Shown: positions 13,050 through 25,492 of the stretch, one piece after another | Layout: every line of letters starts with the position of its first letter | Position numbering within the stretch: position 1 is the first letter of the stretch | DNA from: Squalus acanthias | Taxonomy: Eukaryota | Length of the DNA stretch: 64,000 nucleotides | Assembly: GCA_030390025.1 (NCBI GenBank) | Contig: CM059434.1 | Location: 132,494,001-132,558,000, forward strand | Reading direction: 5' to 3' | The notes under the pieces: model-generated | What the model saw: only the letters and a program-made list of their open reading frames with translations | Told to the model about the DNA's origin: nothing | Databases searched by the model: none | Made by a program: the position numbers and the translations under genes

Positions 13050-13290
13050 CTCAAATAAAAACAGAAAATGCTGAAAGCATTCAGCTGGTCAGGCAACATT
13101 TGTGGAGAAAAAGAGTTAACTTTTCAGGTCGATGACCCCTCATCAGAACTGGAAGACGTTGGAGATTAACAGTTTTTAAGCAAATAGAAGAGCAGAACTT
13201 CTTCAAGGCGGGCATTCCTGGAAGAGAAGTGGCGGTGAATTAAACACTAAAGCAAAAGTAAAATACTGCAGACGCTGGAAATATAAAATC
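13050..13290 (-). mobile_element. Penelope-like element terminal-repeat fragment carrying a hammerhead motif
   Basis: AAACAGAAAATGCTG...GAGTTAACTTTTCAGGTCGATGACCCCTCATCAGAACT is a shark PLE-end type motif (recalled). Confidence 0.7.
13114..13150 (-). ncRNA. Minimal type-I hammerhead ribozyme motif (stem III mutated)
   Basis: Minus strand: AGTT-CTGATGA-G-GGGTC-ATC-GACCT-GAAA-AG-TT-AACT. Confidence 0.6.
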
Positions 13291-15039
13291 CTAAGGAATG
13301 TCAATATTCCAAGAGAAAGGCTTGTAGCTGCTTTATCCTAGTGTATTCATAATGAGGGAGATCTATTTTTTTTTTGTTCATATATTTCTGGTGTTTCAGA
13401 ACCTTGCATCACAGCACCCCTGCAGCTGCTTGTTACTTGTATTGGACGGGATGGGTTTGGGGGGCACACCTGAGCACTATTTGTGATGTTAGCTGTACAA
13501 ATGGGAGGGCCTGTTTTATTTGTATGAACACTGAAAGTTAAGAACCATTGTAAGGCTTCAATATTCCAATTTATTTTATTTCCTTCCTCCTTTTCTGAAG
13601 GCAGCGATTTATTCCAGACCTACGGTTCTGTGGATGCTGGTAGCCCTCGAGGTGACTAACTTGCCATTCTTCATGTGAGAGTCTGGATCATGAGCTTTTT
13701 TGGTGGGAGAGAGAGAGGTGAAAAAAAGGAGCAAAGATGCTGTATAACCATGGGTGCATCACAGCTGAGATGAATGCTATTCTCAGCACTGCATGGTGCT
13801 ACATATTGGTCCTGTAATATGCTGTGCCACTGCGAAATCCTACCGCAGATAGGAATTCACTAAATTATACCAAACTAACACTCACTGTGTTAATAAATGG
13901 ATTCAAACATATCCTAATTAGTCCATTTAGCTGTTAAATGTTAGCTTACAATGGGTCTCAGTAATGAGATCAGGGCTATTACAAGCTTGGAAATGTTAAA
14001 TTAGATAAAATAACAAGGCTGATTTTAAACAAAACTATTACATAAAAATTGAATGTAAGGATTCAATTAGCACTGGTCAACTGTGTTGAGTCCAGTATAT
14101 TAAGCAACAGGCCAGTGAGTGGGAGTTTGATGGACCAATGAATAATTTCAGCATTCATGAATGCTTACTGCACTTTTCATCCTCATTGTGCATCCTACTT
14201 GTTGAAGCTTTTTAGAAACAACCTCTAATCCTGGTCTGTGCTGTGTTGGCTCTTCTTAGCCAGGACATCAGTTGGGTCGCTGAAGTTGGCCCTGCCACAC
14301 ACAGGCTTGTTCAGTAGGGGAGAAAGAGAAAACTGCCAGTATTGCTGCTCCTGATGTGAAACCCCTGTTGTTAAGTGCCTTGAGTGAGGACAGAATCTGG
14401 TTGCGCTGTGATGCCTTTCGTGGTTGATTAGCCAACTGACACCATCACTTGCAGCACAAACACTCCTGTGCTGTATAAAGTATAGTCAATAAATTTGTTG
14501 TCTTCGGTGAACAATTGACTTCAGTCAGCTGCTGGTTCTGTTGCCTAATTTGTATTAAAACGCAAGTTTCTCACTTTCACCTCTGTGCATTGAAACTCAA
14601 TCCACCCTAGACTAATGAGATCAAAAGCTACTTTAATATTGCACAAAACCTATATTAATGCTGCTGACACCAGACATGATGGGCTTGCACAACCAGTGGT
14701 CCCGCCAAAGTAAACTTGGCCGGGTTCGCTAAGATAGGCATGTATTTTTTTTTAAAGAAAAGTTTTCTTGCTGAATGACCTTGGTACATCTGGCAAGTTT
14801 ATTTTGGAGTTGTCACTGGGTAAGTGAGACCTGTGTGTCAGGATTTGCTCGTCACAGCACTTAACCCACCATTGGGGGGTGGGGGAAGGTCCAGATGACT
14901 GGTAAACCACAATGTTAATGTCATCGCTTCCTCTCTAAGATTTCTTTCTTGTAATCATTCCTATCCATCTGTTATTCAGCTGTCTCCATCATAGGAGGAT
15001 GCAGCCTTCAGTCACCAGTCATCTTTGCCGTACTCTGCA

Positions 15040-15503
15040 AGAAAGAAAAAAAGAATGACTTGCAATTATATAGCACCTTTCACAACCTCAGGACGTCCCA
15101 AAGCACTTTACAGCCAATGAAATGATTTTGAAGTGATTCCTGTTGTAATGTAGGAAACGTGGCAGCCAATTCACGCACAGCAAGCTCCCACAAAGAGCAG
15201 TGTGATCAAGAGCAAACATCTCTTTTTGTGATATTGGTTAAGGAATAAATATTGTCCAGGACACCGGGGGAAACTCCCCTGCTCCTCTTCGAAAAGTGCC
15301 ATGGGATCTTTTATATCCACCTTAGCGCGCAGGTGGGGCCTCAGTTTAACGTCTCATCTGAAAGACGGCATCTCCGACAGTGCAGCACTCCCTCAGTACT
15401 GCACTGGAGTGTCGGCCTAGATTTTGTGCTCAAGTCTTTGGTGTGGGACTTGAACCGACAACCTTCTGCCTCGGCCAAGAGTGCTACCCACTGAGCCACA
15501 GTT
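15040..15503 (-). mobile_element. SacSINE1-like tRNA/Deu-domain SINE inserted in an old L2 fragment (~14940-15650)
   Basis: Reverse complement carries a tRNA-like head (GTGGCTCAGTGGGTAGCAC..GGTTCAAGTCC), a Deu-type core (TGCCGTCTTTCAGATGAGACGTTAAAC) and an L2-like tail. Confidence 0.85.
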
Positions 15504-18500
15504 GGAATTCCTCTACCTTGTTACTTCTCTCTCTGCTTTCAAAAGCTGCCTCTTGATCATACTTTTGGTCAACTCTCAACGATCACTGTCCATTTCTCCT
15601 CTGAAATATCTTGGGATGTTTCTATGTTAATGCTATATAAATGCAGGCTGGTGTAACCCTTCTCTACTTATGTGGTATCTTTCATTTTCATTACTTACTC
15701 AGTACTTTAATGTAAATAATTTAAGACAAGCATTGGACAAGAAAAGGCCTCTCTTAGCCCAGCCCAGCATCCAACTGCATTTTGAATGACCCCAATGCTT
15801 TTGCTTCTACTGACCTGGCAGGCAGATTATTCTAAACGTGCATCAATCCTTGGGTTTTAAAAAAAATCATTGCTTTAAATCTGCTTTTACTAATTTCCAT
15901 TTTTGTCCTCTGGCTAAATGTTCCTGGCACACTTTGAGCTAATGTACCTTAAGACATGATTAGATGGTTGTGGCTTTATGCAATCAGACAATTAGAAAAA
16001 AATTCACTCAGCAGCAGGCTTAAAAAAAAATTATTGAACAAGTGACCTTGGTACATCCTTTGGTGCAGGTTATTGGCTTTGCACAGGGTTTCCGAACTGA
16101 TACTGTGGATTGGGCAGTTGAACTAACCAGAGAAATTAAGGAAACGTGAGGGATAGATGGTGAACACGTGAAACAGACTGTCCGGGAGTGTGGGGGGGTG
16201 GTGGCGTGGTGAACTCGTGGAGCAGTGTGCTGCTGTGCTATGTAGATGAGTGAGAACCCAGGTCTGTGCTGAGTTAATTAATCAGGCTTGCCTAAAAGTG
16301 ACAACTCCCACTCAAATCAGGGGAATTTGGACACACAGAAAAATAGGAGCAGGAGTAGGCCATTCGGCCCTTCGACACATGAGAGCTGCCCTGTAACCCA
16401 ACTCATTGGGGCAGGTCATGAGGGTGATTGAGTCCTGAAATGGTCTGTCTTTGCTAAGATGAAAATGAATGTGTCTCCCTTTCACCATTCCTCCTGTTGA
16501 AGAGGAGGGGGAAAAAAAACCTGTTTCTGCTGATCCTCTAGTTACCTGCACCATATACCATTCCTCACCTGAGAGGCAGGGCAAGAAAGTTGCTCCTGTG
16601 ACATTGCCTCTGTCGTGTGTTAGCAGTGCAACTGGTTGAAGTGCCTTGCCTTGAAATAGGGCACTTTGTCAGCCCAGCTGGGATAGAGAATTTGCCCGTA
16701 GTACCAATTGTGGGAGGCAAAGTGACGTCTGACCAAAACCTCTTGCCGAGCGAGCAGTGACGAATGTCTGTTGAATTGATGCATTTTAATTTTTGTTCAC
16801 AAAGGGGACTTGCTTGAGTTGGAACGATTGTGTACAATTGACAAAATTAAATGTTATAGCAAGACTTTGTGGAGGTAGAGGCAAGCCGGGAACGCTAGTT
16901 TTACTTTGAAACCTTTTTTTGAAAAAAATTATTTAATGCATTAATTTTGATTTTAAATTTGATGAGCAGATTGCATAAATTTCAAGCTCATCTCCCAAAA
17001 GAGTGCACATTAAACTTCTAATGATTATCGAATGCGCCTGTTTTTGTTTAAGAAAAAGGCATCGTGTGTAAAATAAGCAATGGATTTTTTCTCCTTATTC
17101 TTTGTGGATTAAGGAGATTAGGACAAGACAAAAGCAGGTGGTGTGATTCACAGAATACTAATGGTGTTTTTGATGAGGGTGCAAGTGAGTTTTGCTGAAC
17201 TGTGACTGGATTATATTTTATTTTAAGACCTCAGTCTGAGCTTGGCTCTTTCTGCAGATTTGCTGTGGTGCAGTCTTGAGAGATTTGCATAGCATGCTGG
17301 GTAAAACTTGCCAAAGCCGAGTACTGCTTCATCTGCTGAGGTATTCTGTACATGTGCAGGCAGGTTGCAGGGTCTACCAGTTTCAAACCACTTTGCAAAT
17401 GTGTTGGGAAGCTGCAGCGGTGCAAGCCAACAGCTTTCTAGTCACCTTGCTCAAACAGCTCCTGTCCTTCTGTGGCTCAACAAGTTTCCAATTTAATCAA
17501 AACCAGGTTAAAATGACACTTCAGCAATGCAGTAGCGCTCTTTCAGTGTGTGTGGACTAATAGAACCTGTGCACCTTGGAGATGTGTTCATTTTGTTTGA
17601 GGGCTGCACAGTCAATGCCCTGAACTGTGAGGACAGTTTGTTGAAGATTCATTTGAAGCCCTGTCTTCTTAGAGGGGTATCAAGGATGTCCACTCTGGCT
17701 TGGCTAGGGTCTGACACATTTAAGTCCATCATCCTAAGAATATTTCAGCTATGTTTCTGTTGTAATTAACAAGGGGTTAAATGTCTGACCATGTTAAACC
17801 TTCCGCCCCCTCCTAAATCATCAGTTTCTGAAGGCTGATGTTCGAATGAAAAGTGATGCAGAATATTGAGGGCTATGATGCATTGAATCTGCATGGCCGC
17901 TGTGTCGTGGGTCTGGGGACGTTGCACTGCACAGATTATGAATTGTTTGGAGGAGTGATATGCACAACCTCTATAGCCTGAAATTAGAAGAATGCTTTAT
18001 TAACTAATAACTGATGTCATATTTCAGTCTGGAAATTATACAGATGAGCTTCTTCGATTGCTTAGTCTGTGCACTGTGTTGTTACGGAGCCAGACAGTTT
18101 AAGGAGATCTGAGGTTGGATCCTTTGCCTGTGTTGAGTTTGCTGGTTTCAGCTGCTCCTGTGGTATGAGACCCTACCTTCAGGAGAAGAGGGGCGAAAAG
18201 CAAAAACTAATTATGGTACTGTGATAGATTATCATTCTCTGTGTTTGAGATCCTGCATAATGCACTCCTTGGTTACAAAATGCAATTTGGCTTGTATCTC
18301 GTACTCGAAGCTGTAGTTTGTTAAGTAAATAGAAAATCATCCAAGATCATACAATAATTAATGGTTTTTAAAAGAACACTGTTACTGTAGTAACGCAAAG
18401 TTGTTGTCGACATTTACCTCTCGAATCTCTTTCCTATGTTCAATGTTCACACAGACTTCATCACACTGAAGTTAGCACCAGGAAAACAAATCTGTTAATT

Positions 18501-19794
18501 GAGACAAGTGTTAATGGACTGTTACTTAGCTGAAGTGTTGCACTTCTTATGTACAGAGATGAGTCTGCACAATGTGTGCATGCCACTTGGTGTAATGCAA
18601 GTGGCATCAGTGCAACTTAATGTTGATTGTATGCATTTTCAAGCAAGAGCCTACTTTTGTTAGGCACTTGTAATCAGCTCTTAAAATACTTCACTGAATG
18701 GAACAGAAATGCTTTTTGTTATTAAAAAATCATCTGCATAAATTGAGAAACTTGCAGCCATGTATCTTTGGACTTTGTTCTCTGTTAGGTTCATCACAAT
18801 TGTCCGAAGGAGTCCGAATGACTTTCCGCAAATTGATAGCCGAGGTTCAGCAATTTTCAGCCAGTAGCTGCAATCATCTAGCTCAGCACAGGCCAGGTCT
18901 AGAACCTGGGATATTCTGGTTAAATGGCTCTGCACCACACCATACAGTGCTAATTACCCACAGTGTCATCAAGAGATCCTTGTGATGATGGGCATCTTTG
19001 AGTATCCCAGATACTTTCCGCCATCTCTTTCCCCCCCCACCTTTAGACTGCATCTACTGTATATGGTTGTCCTGTGCTCTGCTTATCTTCTGATCACTGG
19101 GATTGTCACGAGCCATGCTGCTTGCAAAGACTTCTGTTCTTTGCATGGCATTAATGAACCCAGATTAGTATCGCTGCTGAAAATTGTGCTGCCACAGGAA
19201 GTGGCATTCAGTGACTTAGTGTATGTTTGAATCACCACCTCCTTTCCCTGCGTCCCCAGGCCAAATTGCCGACCATTTTATATTTAATTTCAGCCTTGCT
19301 CTCGCTCTCGTTTATATAAAAAAAAAAAATGGCAGTATCGGCCAAATTGCTGTGATTGAAGTATGCCTCGAGTACCGGGGGAACTGTGGTCTTATCTTTC
19401 AGATTGGAAGAGTCATGTCTACAGTGATTCCTGGTCCTGGCTGCACGCTTCTCTTTAAAAATTTAAACATTTACAAGTCTCTGCCCGATTACATTTAGAG
19501 GAGGCATTCCTCACAAAAACAAATAGAGCATCACCAAGCAGCCATTGAAATGTAGCCCCAGGGTATCTCAGCTATTTATCCAGTTTTGGATCTACTTATT
19601 TTTTTTATCATAATACAGTTTAATAATTTGATGCATTAACACTAATGTGCTGCATTGTTTCATTGTGCAGCTATTCTTCTGCCTTGGCTGAGAGACTGCT
19701 GCATTAAGGATTAGAATTTTCAATGCTCCACCCACTGTTGGGTATGTTCTTTTTAAGTTAGGGGATCAGGTCAGTCTGACCTCTCCCCACTGAA

Positions 19795-20206
19795 GTGTCA
19801 GCCATGGCTCAGTGGGTAGCACTTTCACCTCTTGAGTCCGAAGGTTGTGGGTTCAAGTCCTGAGACGTGAGCAGATAATCCAGGCTGACACTTCAGTGCA
19901 GTATTGAGCGAGCGCTGCACTGTTGGTGGTGCCATCTTTCGGATGAGACGTTAAACCGAGGCCCTGTCAGGTAGACGTAAATGATCCCATGGCACTATAA
20001 ATGACCAACATTTATCCCTCAACCAACACCTAAAACAGATTATCTGGTCATTTATCATCTTGTTGTTTGTGGGATCTTGCTGTGTGCAAATTGGCTGCTG
20101 TGTTTCCTACATTACAACATTGACTACACTTCAGTTGGCTGTAAAGTGCTCTGGGACATCCTGAGGTAATGAAAGGCGCTATATAAATGCTAGTCTTTTC
20201 TTTCTA
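19795..20206 (+). mobile_element. SacSINE1-like SINE
   Basis: A box TGGCTCAGTGG, B box GGTTCAAGTCC, Deu core GCCATCTTTCGGATGAGACGTTAAACCGAGG, tail GCTATATAAATGC. Confidence 0.88.
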
Positions 20207-20869
20207 TTCTTTATCCTTCCTTCCCTCCCCTCCCTCCCTTAGCGAGAGTGCTACAGCAGGTGATTACTCTGCTGTATTCTCTTAACGGCTGCCTGCACGC
20301 TACATGCCCACAGCTGTTGAGACTCTAATCTGTGCCTTTATCACCTCGGTTCAATTTCTCTTGTGCTGTCCGAGTCAATTTCCTCAAATCCGTCCTCTTC
20401 AGAAGGCCACAGTCTGTATCTTTACAGCTCAAAGCCCTGCATTTCCGTCACCTTGATTCACGTTAGGCTCCACTGACACCTGTGTACATCCACGTCAGTT
20501 TTACAACCCTCATCATTTAACTGTCTCTGCTCCTTTGCCCCACCCTATTTATGATCACCCTCGCTCTCTGACACAGGTTTGCTCTTTTTGTTCCTTGTTC
20601 TCTTCATTCTACCATTCATAGATACTCTTTTAGCTATTGTGACCCTGCTCTCTGGAACTCTCACTCTCTAAATCCCTTTGCCTTATCTCCTGGTTTCAAA
20701 ACCTCCTTTCAAATTGTTTTTCTTTGCCCATTCTTTTGGCCCTGTCCCCTAAACCCTGTTCTTTCCTCCCTGCTGCATAACCATGTTTTTATTTTCCATC
20801 TCCTTCAGAATGTTTTGACTGAGACGTCAGCGAGTTCTACAAAAATTATTTTAAAAATTGCTTGGTATA

Positions 20870-21210
20870 GCATTTTCTCTCTTTCCGAAGGTTCAGTTCC
20901 ACAGGAACGGGCAACCCTCTGGTACCTCGCCCAAGAGTCCATTCTTCATGTATGAGCCTTGGCAGTGGGTGTCATCAGGATATTAGACCATGGGAGAGGA
21001 TTGTCCTAAGCTCGATCTTGTGCTCACTTGCACATGCATGCGTTCTAGCAGGAATCACTGGATAGCGATCAGGAGCAGGAGCGCTGGTTAATTTTTCCCA
21101 CTTCCCTATCTCAAGGAAGCTGTGGCCAAATGTCGCACCCTCAACTGATGCACTGGATGAGGCCTGTATGGCTTAGTAACACAGCAGATGGTACTAAGCC
21201 ATTGGGGGAG
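20870..21210 (-). mobile_element. Old dispersed SINE-like family. Similar copies lie at about 13580-13800, 14220-14460, 26070-26300, 27290-27650, 32230-32470, 33440-33800, 37010-37390, 41620-42070, 52840-53100 and 53850-54460.
   Basis: Recurrent motifs CATTCTTCATGTGAGCCT, GTCACTGGATAGCGATCAGGAGC and CTGTGCTGAGTT occur in either orientation. Family not named. Confidence 0.6.
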
Positions 21211-21404
21211 TTCAATGATGTATTCTATATTTTCAATTCCTTACTTCTCAGCTCTATGAGTCATCCCCCAACTGACAAAGGAACGATGTTGTTGCTCTGT
21301 AATTAACTGGTGATCACTTACTTAACTTTCCTTGGCAGAAGCTCAGCTGGTCTCTGCTGTCCTTTTTCCCCCCCCCACCCCCCAAAACCTGGGCATCTAT
21401 GATT

Positions 21405-23622
21405 AAAGAAAGAAAGACTTATATTTATATAGCACCTTTCACAACCTTCGAACGTCCCAAAGTGCTTCACATCACTGAAAGGCTTTTGAAGTGTAGTCAC
21501 TGTTGTAATGTAGGAAGCGTGGCAGCCAATTTTTGCGCAGCAATGTGATAATGACGAGATAATATGTTTTTAGTGATGTTGATTGAGGGTTAACTATTGG
21601 CCGAGGACACCGGGCTAACTCCCCTGCTGCTCTTCGAATACTGCCATGGGATCTTTTATGTCCACCCGAGAGGGCAGACGGGGCCCCGGTTTAACGTCTC
21701 ATCCGAAAGTTGGCACCTCTGTCAGTGCAGCACTCCCTCAGTACTGCACTGGAGTGTCAGCCTAGATGATCACAGAATCATAGAAAGTTACAGCACGGAA
21801 GGAGGCCATTTCGGCTTATCATGTCTGCACCGGCCAACAAAGAGCTATCCAGCCTAATCCCACTTCCCAGCTCTTGGTCCGTAGCCCTACAGGTTAGAGC
21901 ATCCCAAGTGCACATCCAAGTACTTTTTAAATGTGGTTAGGGATCCTGCCTCTACCACCCTTTCAGGCAGTGAGTTCCAGACTGCCACAACCCTCTGGGT
22001 GAAAAATTTCCCCTCAAATCCCCTCTAAACCTTCCACCAATTACTTTAAATCTGTGCCCCCTGGTTTTTGACCCCTCTGCTAAGGGAAATAGGTCCTCTG
22101 TATCCACTTTATCTATGCCCCTCATAATTTTATACACCTCAATAAGGTCTCCCCTCAGCCTCCTCTGTTCCAAGGAAAACAGACCCAGCCTATCCAGTCT
22201 TTCCTCATAGCTAAGATTCTCTACTCCTGGCAACATCCTTGTAAATCTCCTCTGTACCCTCTCTAGTGCAATCACATCTTTCCTGTAATGTGGTGACCAG
22301 AACTGCACGCAGTACTCTAGCTGAGGCCTAACTAGTGTTTTATACAGTTGAAGCATAACCCCTCTGCTCTTGTATTCGATGCCACGGCTAATAAAGGCAA
22401 GCATTCCATATGCCTTCTTAACCACCTTATCTACTTGGCCTGCTACCTTCAGGGATCTGTGGACATGCACTCCAAGGTCCCTTTGTTCCTCTACACTACT
22501 CAGTGCCCTACCATTTAATGTGTATTCCCTTTCCTTCTTAGCCCTCCCCAAATGCATTACCTCACACTTCTCCGGATTGAATTCCATTTGCCACTGTTCT
22601 GCCCACCTGGCTAATTTATTGATATCTTCCTGCAGTCTACAGCTTCCTTCTTCCGTATCAACCACACAGCCGATTTTAATATCATCTGCAAACTTCTTAA
22701 TCATACCCCCTAGATTCAAGTCAAGATCATTGATATATACCACAAAAAGCAAGGGACCTAGTACTGAGCCCTGCGGAACCCCACTGGAAACAGCCTTCCA
22801 GTCACAAAAACACCCATCAACCATTACCCTCTGCTTCCTGTCTCCGAGCCAGTTTTGAATCCAACTTGACACTTTGCCTTGGATCCCATGGGCTTTTAAC
22901 TTCATGACCAGTCTGCCATGTGGAACCTTATCAAAAGCCTTGCTAAAGTCCATATACGCTACATCAAATGCACTACCCTCATCTACCCTCCTTGTTACCT
23001 CCTCAAAAAATTCAATCAAGTTTGTCAGACAAGACCTTCCCTTAACAAATCCATGCTGACTATCCTTGATTAATCCGTGTCTTTCTAAATGAAGATTTAT
23101 CCTGTCCTTCAGAATTCTTTCCAATAATTTTCCCACCACCGAGGTTAGGCTGACTGGCCTGTAATTATTCGGTCTATCCTTTTCTCCCTTTTTAAACAAG
23201 GGTACCACATTGACAGTCCTCCAGCACCACACCTGAAGCCAGAGAGGATTGAAAAATGGTCAGGGCCTCTGCTATTTCCTCTCTTGCTTCGCTTAACAGC
23301 CTGGGATACATTTCATCTGGGCCTGGGGATTTATCCACTTTTAAAGCTGCTAAACCCCTTAATACTTCCCCTCTCTCTGTTTATTTCATCTAATATTTCA
23401 CACTCCTCTCCCCCGATAGCAATATCTGTTTCGCCCCTCTCCTTTGTGAAAACAGACGCAAAGTATTCATTAAGAACCCTACTGACGTCTCCCACCTCCA
23501 CACACACATTACCCTCATGATCTCTAATAGGCCCTACCCTTTCTTTAGTTATCCTCTTACTCTTAATATATTTATAAAACAATGATGTGCTCAGGTCTCT
23601 GGAGTGGGACGTGAATCCACAA
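21405..23622 (-). mobile_element. SacSINE1-like SINE split by a CR1 insertion (SINE parts 21405-21770 and 23582-23622)
   Basis: SINE sequence ...GTCAGCCTAGATGAT resumes as ATGATGTGCTCAGGTCTCTGGAGTGGGAC after the LINE. Confidence 0.85.
21771..23581 (-). mobile_element. 5'-truncated CR1 LINE with an open RT region (ORF 21952-23232)
   Basis: RT motifs NYRPVSLTS, QHGFVKGRSCLTNL, MDFSKAFDKV, GVPQGSVLGP and KFADD. TTCTATGATTCTGTG-type tail, ATGAT direct repeats at both ends, and a frameshift near the C-terminus. Confidence 0.95.
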
Positions 23623-23777
23623 AGAGGGGCAAGGAGTGAGAGAGGGGGGTGCAGAGGAAAGTGGGAGTTGAAAGTATTGAATGTTGAAATAATTTCAAAG
23701 CATGTTACTGTTCAGTGAACCAGTCTGTTGAGTGGAAGTAAAGCATCATGTCATAAAAAGCAAGATTTCTATATATT

Positions 23778-24850
23778 GGCCTGGAATTTGCAGTTGTAAT
23801 GATAACAACAACTTGTATTTATATAGCACCTTTAACGTAGTAAAAGATCCCAAGGCGCTTCACAGGAGTATTTTAAGACAAAAAAATTGACACCAAACCA
23901 CATAAGGATAAATTAGGGCAGGTGACCAAAAGCTTGGTCAAAGAGGTAGGTTTTAAGGAGCGTCTTAAAGGAGGAGAGAGAGTTAGACAGGAGGAGAGGT
24001 TTAGGCACGGAATTCCAGAACTTAGGGCCTAGGCAACAGAAGGCACGGCCACCAAAGGTTGATATTATAATCAGGGATGCTCAAGAGGGCAGAATTAGAG
24101 GAGCGCAGATATCGGGGGGTGGGGGGGGGGGGGATGTTGTGGGGCTGAAGGAGATTACAGAGATAGGAAGGGGCGAGGCCGTGGAGGGATTTGAAAAGAC
24201 GGATGAGAATTTTGAAAAAGGCGCTGCTTAACCGGGAGCCAATGTGGGTCAGCGAGCACAGGGGAGATGGGCAAATGGGACTTAGTGCGAGTTAGGACAC
24301 GGGCAGCTGAGTTTTGGATGACCTCAAGTTTACGTAGGGTAGAATGTGGGAGGCCAGCCAGGAGTGTGTTGGAATAGTCAAGTCTAGAGGTGATGGCAAA
24401 ACTGTCAGCATTCGCTGTCATTGAAACTGTGAAACTGACGGCAACTTCTGGCCATTGTGGCTGGAGGGGGCGGGGAGGTCGCCAATCGCAGCGGCCGGGG
24501 TGGGGGGAAAGAGAGATACTGCGATCGGCAGGGGGAGACCAAAGGTTTCTTTAAGGGGCCGGTGAGAGCACGCGTGCTCCTTCTGGCCCACAAGGAGTGT
24601 TGGAAAAGGCACTTGAGCCGGCAGCTCCCACCTCTCTTTCACTACCGAGTTTCCCGACCTCTGGGAAACCTGCACAGCAGTAATGAATTTTAAATCAGGC
24701 TCCCAATTGTGCTGTTGGAGCCGACTTAAATATGTTAATGAAGTGTCCGCCTCTCCATGGCGGGACACTCGACGCCCTGATATCTGCTGATGTCAGAACG
24801 GCAACAAGCGCGGTGGGTTAGGGGCGCATTTCGCACATTTGACGGTTTGA
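23778..24850 (+). mobile_element. GC-rich MITE/Harbinger-like element interrupted by an L2 fragment
   Basis: Starts GGCCTGGAATTTGCAGTTGTAATGA and appears to resume after the L2 as TGATGGCAAAACTGTCAGC. CpG-rich body; right end not resolved. Confidence 0.45.
23803..24392 (-). mobile_element. L2-clade LINE 3' fragment
   Basis: [38 protein letters not shown] and a (GTT)n tail. Confidence 0.92.
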
Positions 24851-25114
24851 CCGCGGTGCCCCTCCCGTCCGTTGTGGGGGGGTTTAATATCAAGGCATCT
24901 TTCCCATATAAAGTGATAATTGCTTGAATGCCATTTTATTTGCCTCGTTAGTGTTCCGTGTGGAAGGGTATCTGAGTGAGAGGAAAGGCACAAACAAAAG
25001 TGGGAATTTAACTGAACGAACTGATCCACAGGGTGAACTGATACCCTGCTGTGAATTGTGTATGCTGATTCATCTCTGGAAGTAGACTTGAGTATCGAGA
25101 AGCATACATCATTA

Positions 25115-25492
25115 GAGCAGGGTTAGAGGAGTTTTAATGGAGTTGTTTCAATTCATGAAGGGTTTAAAAAGAATAAATAAAGAGAAACTATTTCCAACGG
25201 GCTGAAGGGTCGATAACCAGAGGGCACAGATTTAAGGTGATTGGCAACATGAGGAAAAGTATTTTTACGCAAAGAGTGGTTGGGATTTGGAACGCACTGC
25301 CTGATAGGGTGGCGGAAACAGATTCAAGAGTAGTTTTCAAAAGGGAATTGGATAAATACTTGAAGGAGGAAAAAATTGCAGGAATATGGGGAAAGAGCCG
25401 GGGAGTGGAACTAACTGGATTGCTCTTTGAAATAGCCGGCGCAGACTTGATGGGCCGCATGACCTCCTTCTGTGCTGTACTATTCTATGATT
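25115..25492 (+). mobile_element. CR1 LINE 3' fragment
   Basis: IFTQRVVGIWNALPDRVAETDS..FKRELDKYL and a TTCTATGATT tail. Confidence 0.9.

Noticed and set aside
17231-17769. Cluster of overlapping short ORFs that look coding-like
   Set aside because: No identifiable domain in any frame and no SND1 similarity. A decayed element cannot be excluded.
19795-19865. tRNA gene
   Set aside because: The A/B boxes belong to a SINE head that continues into the Deu core; there is no complete cloverleaf.
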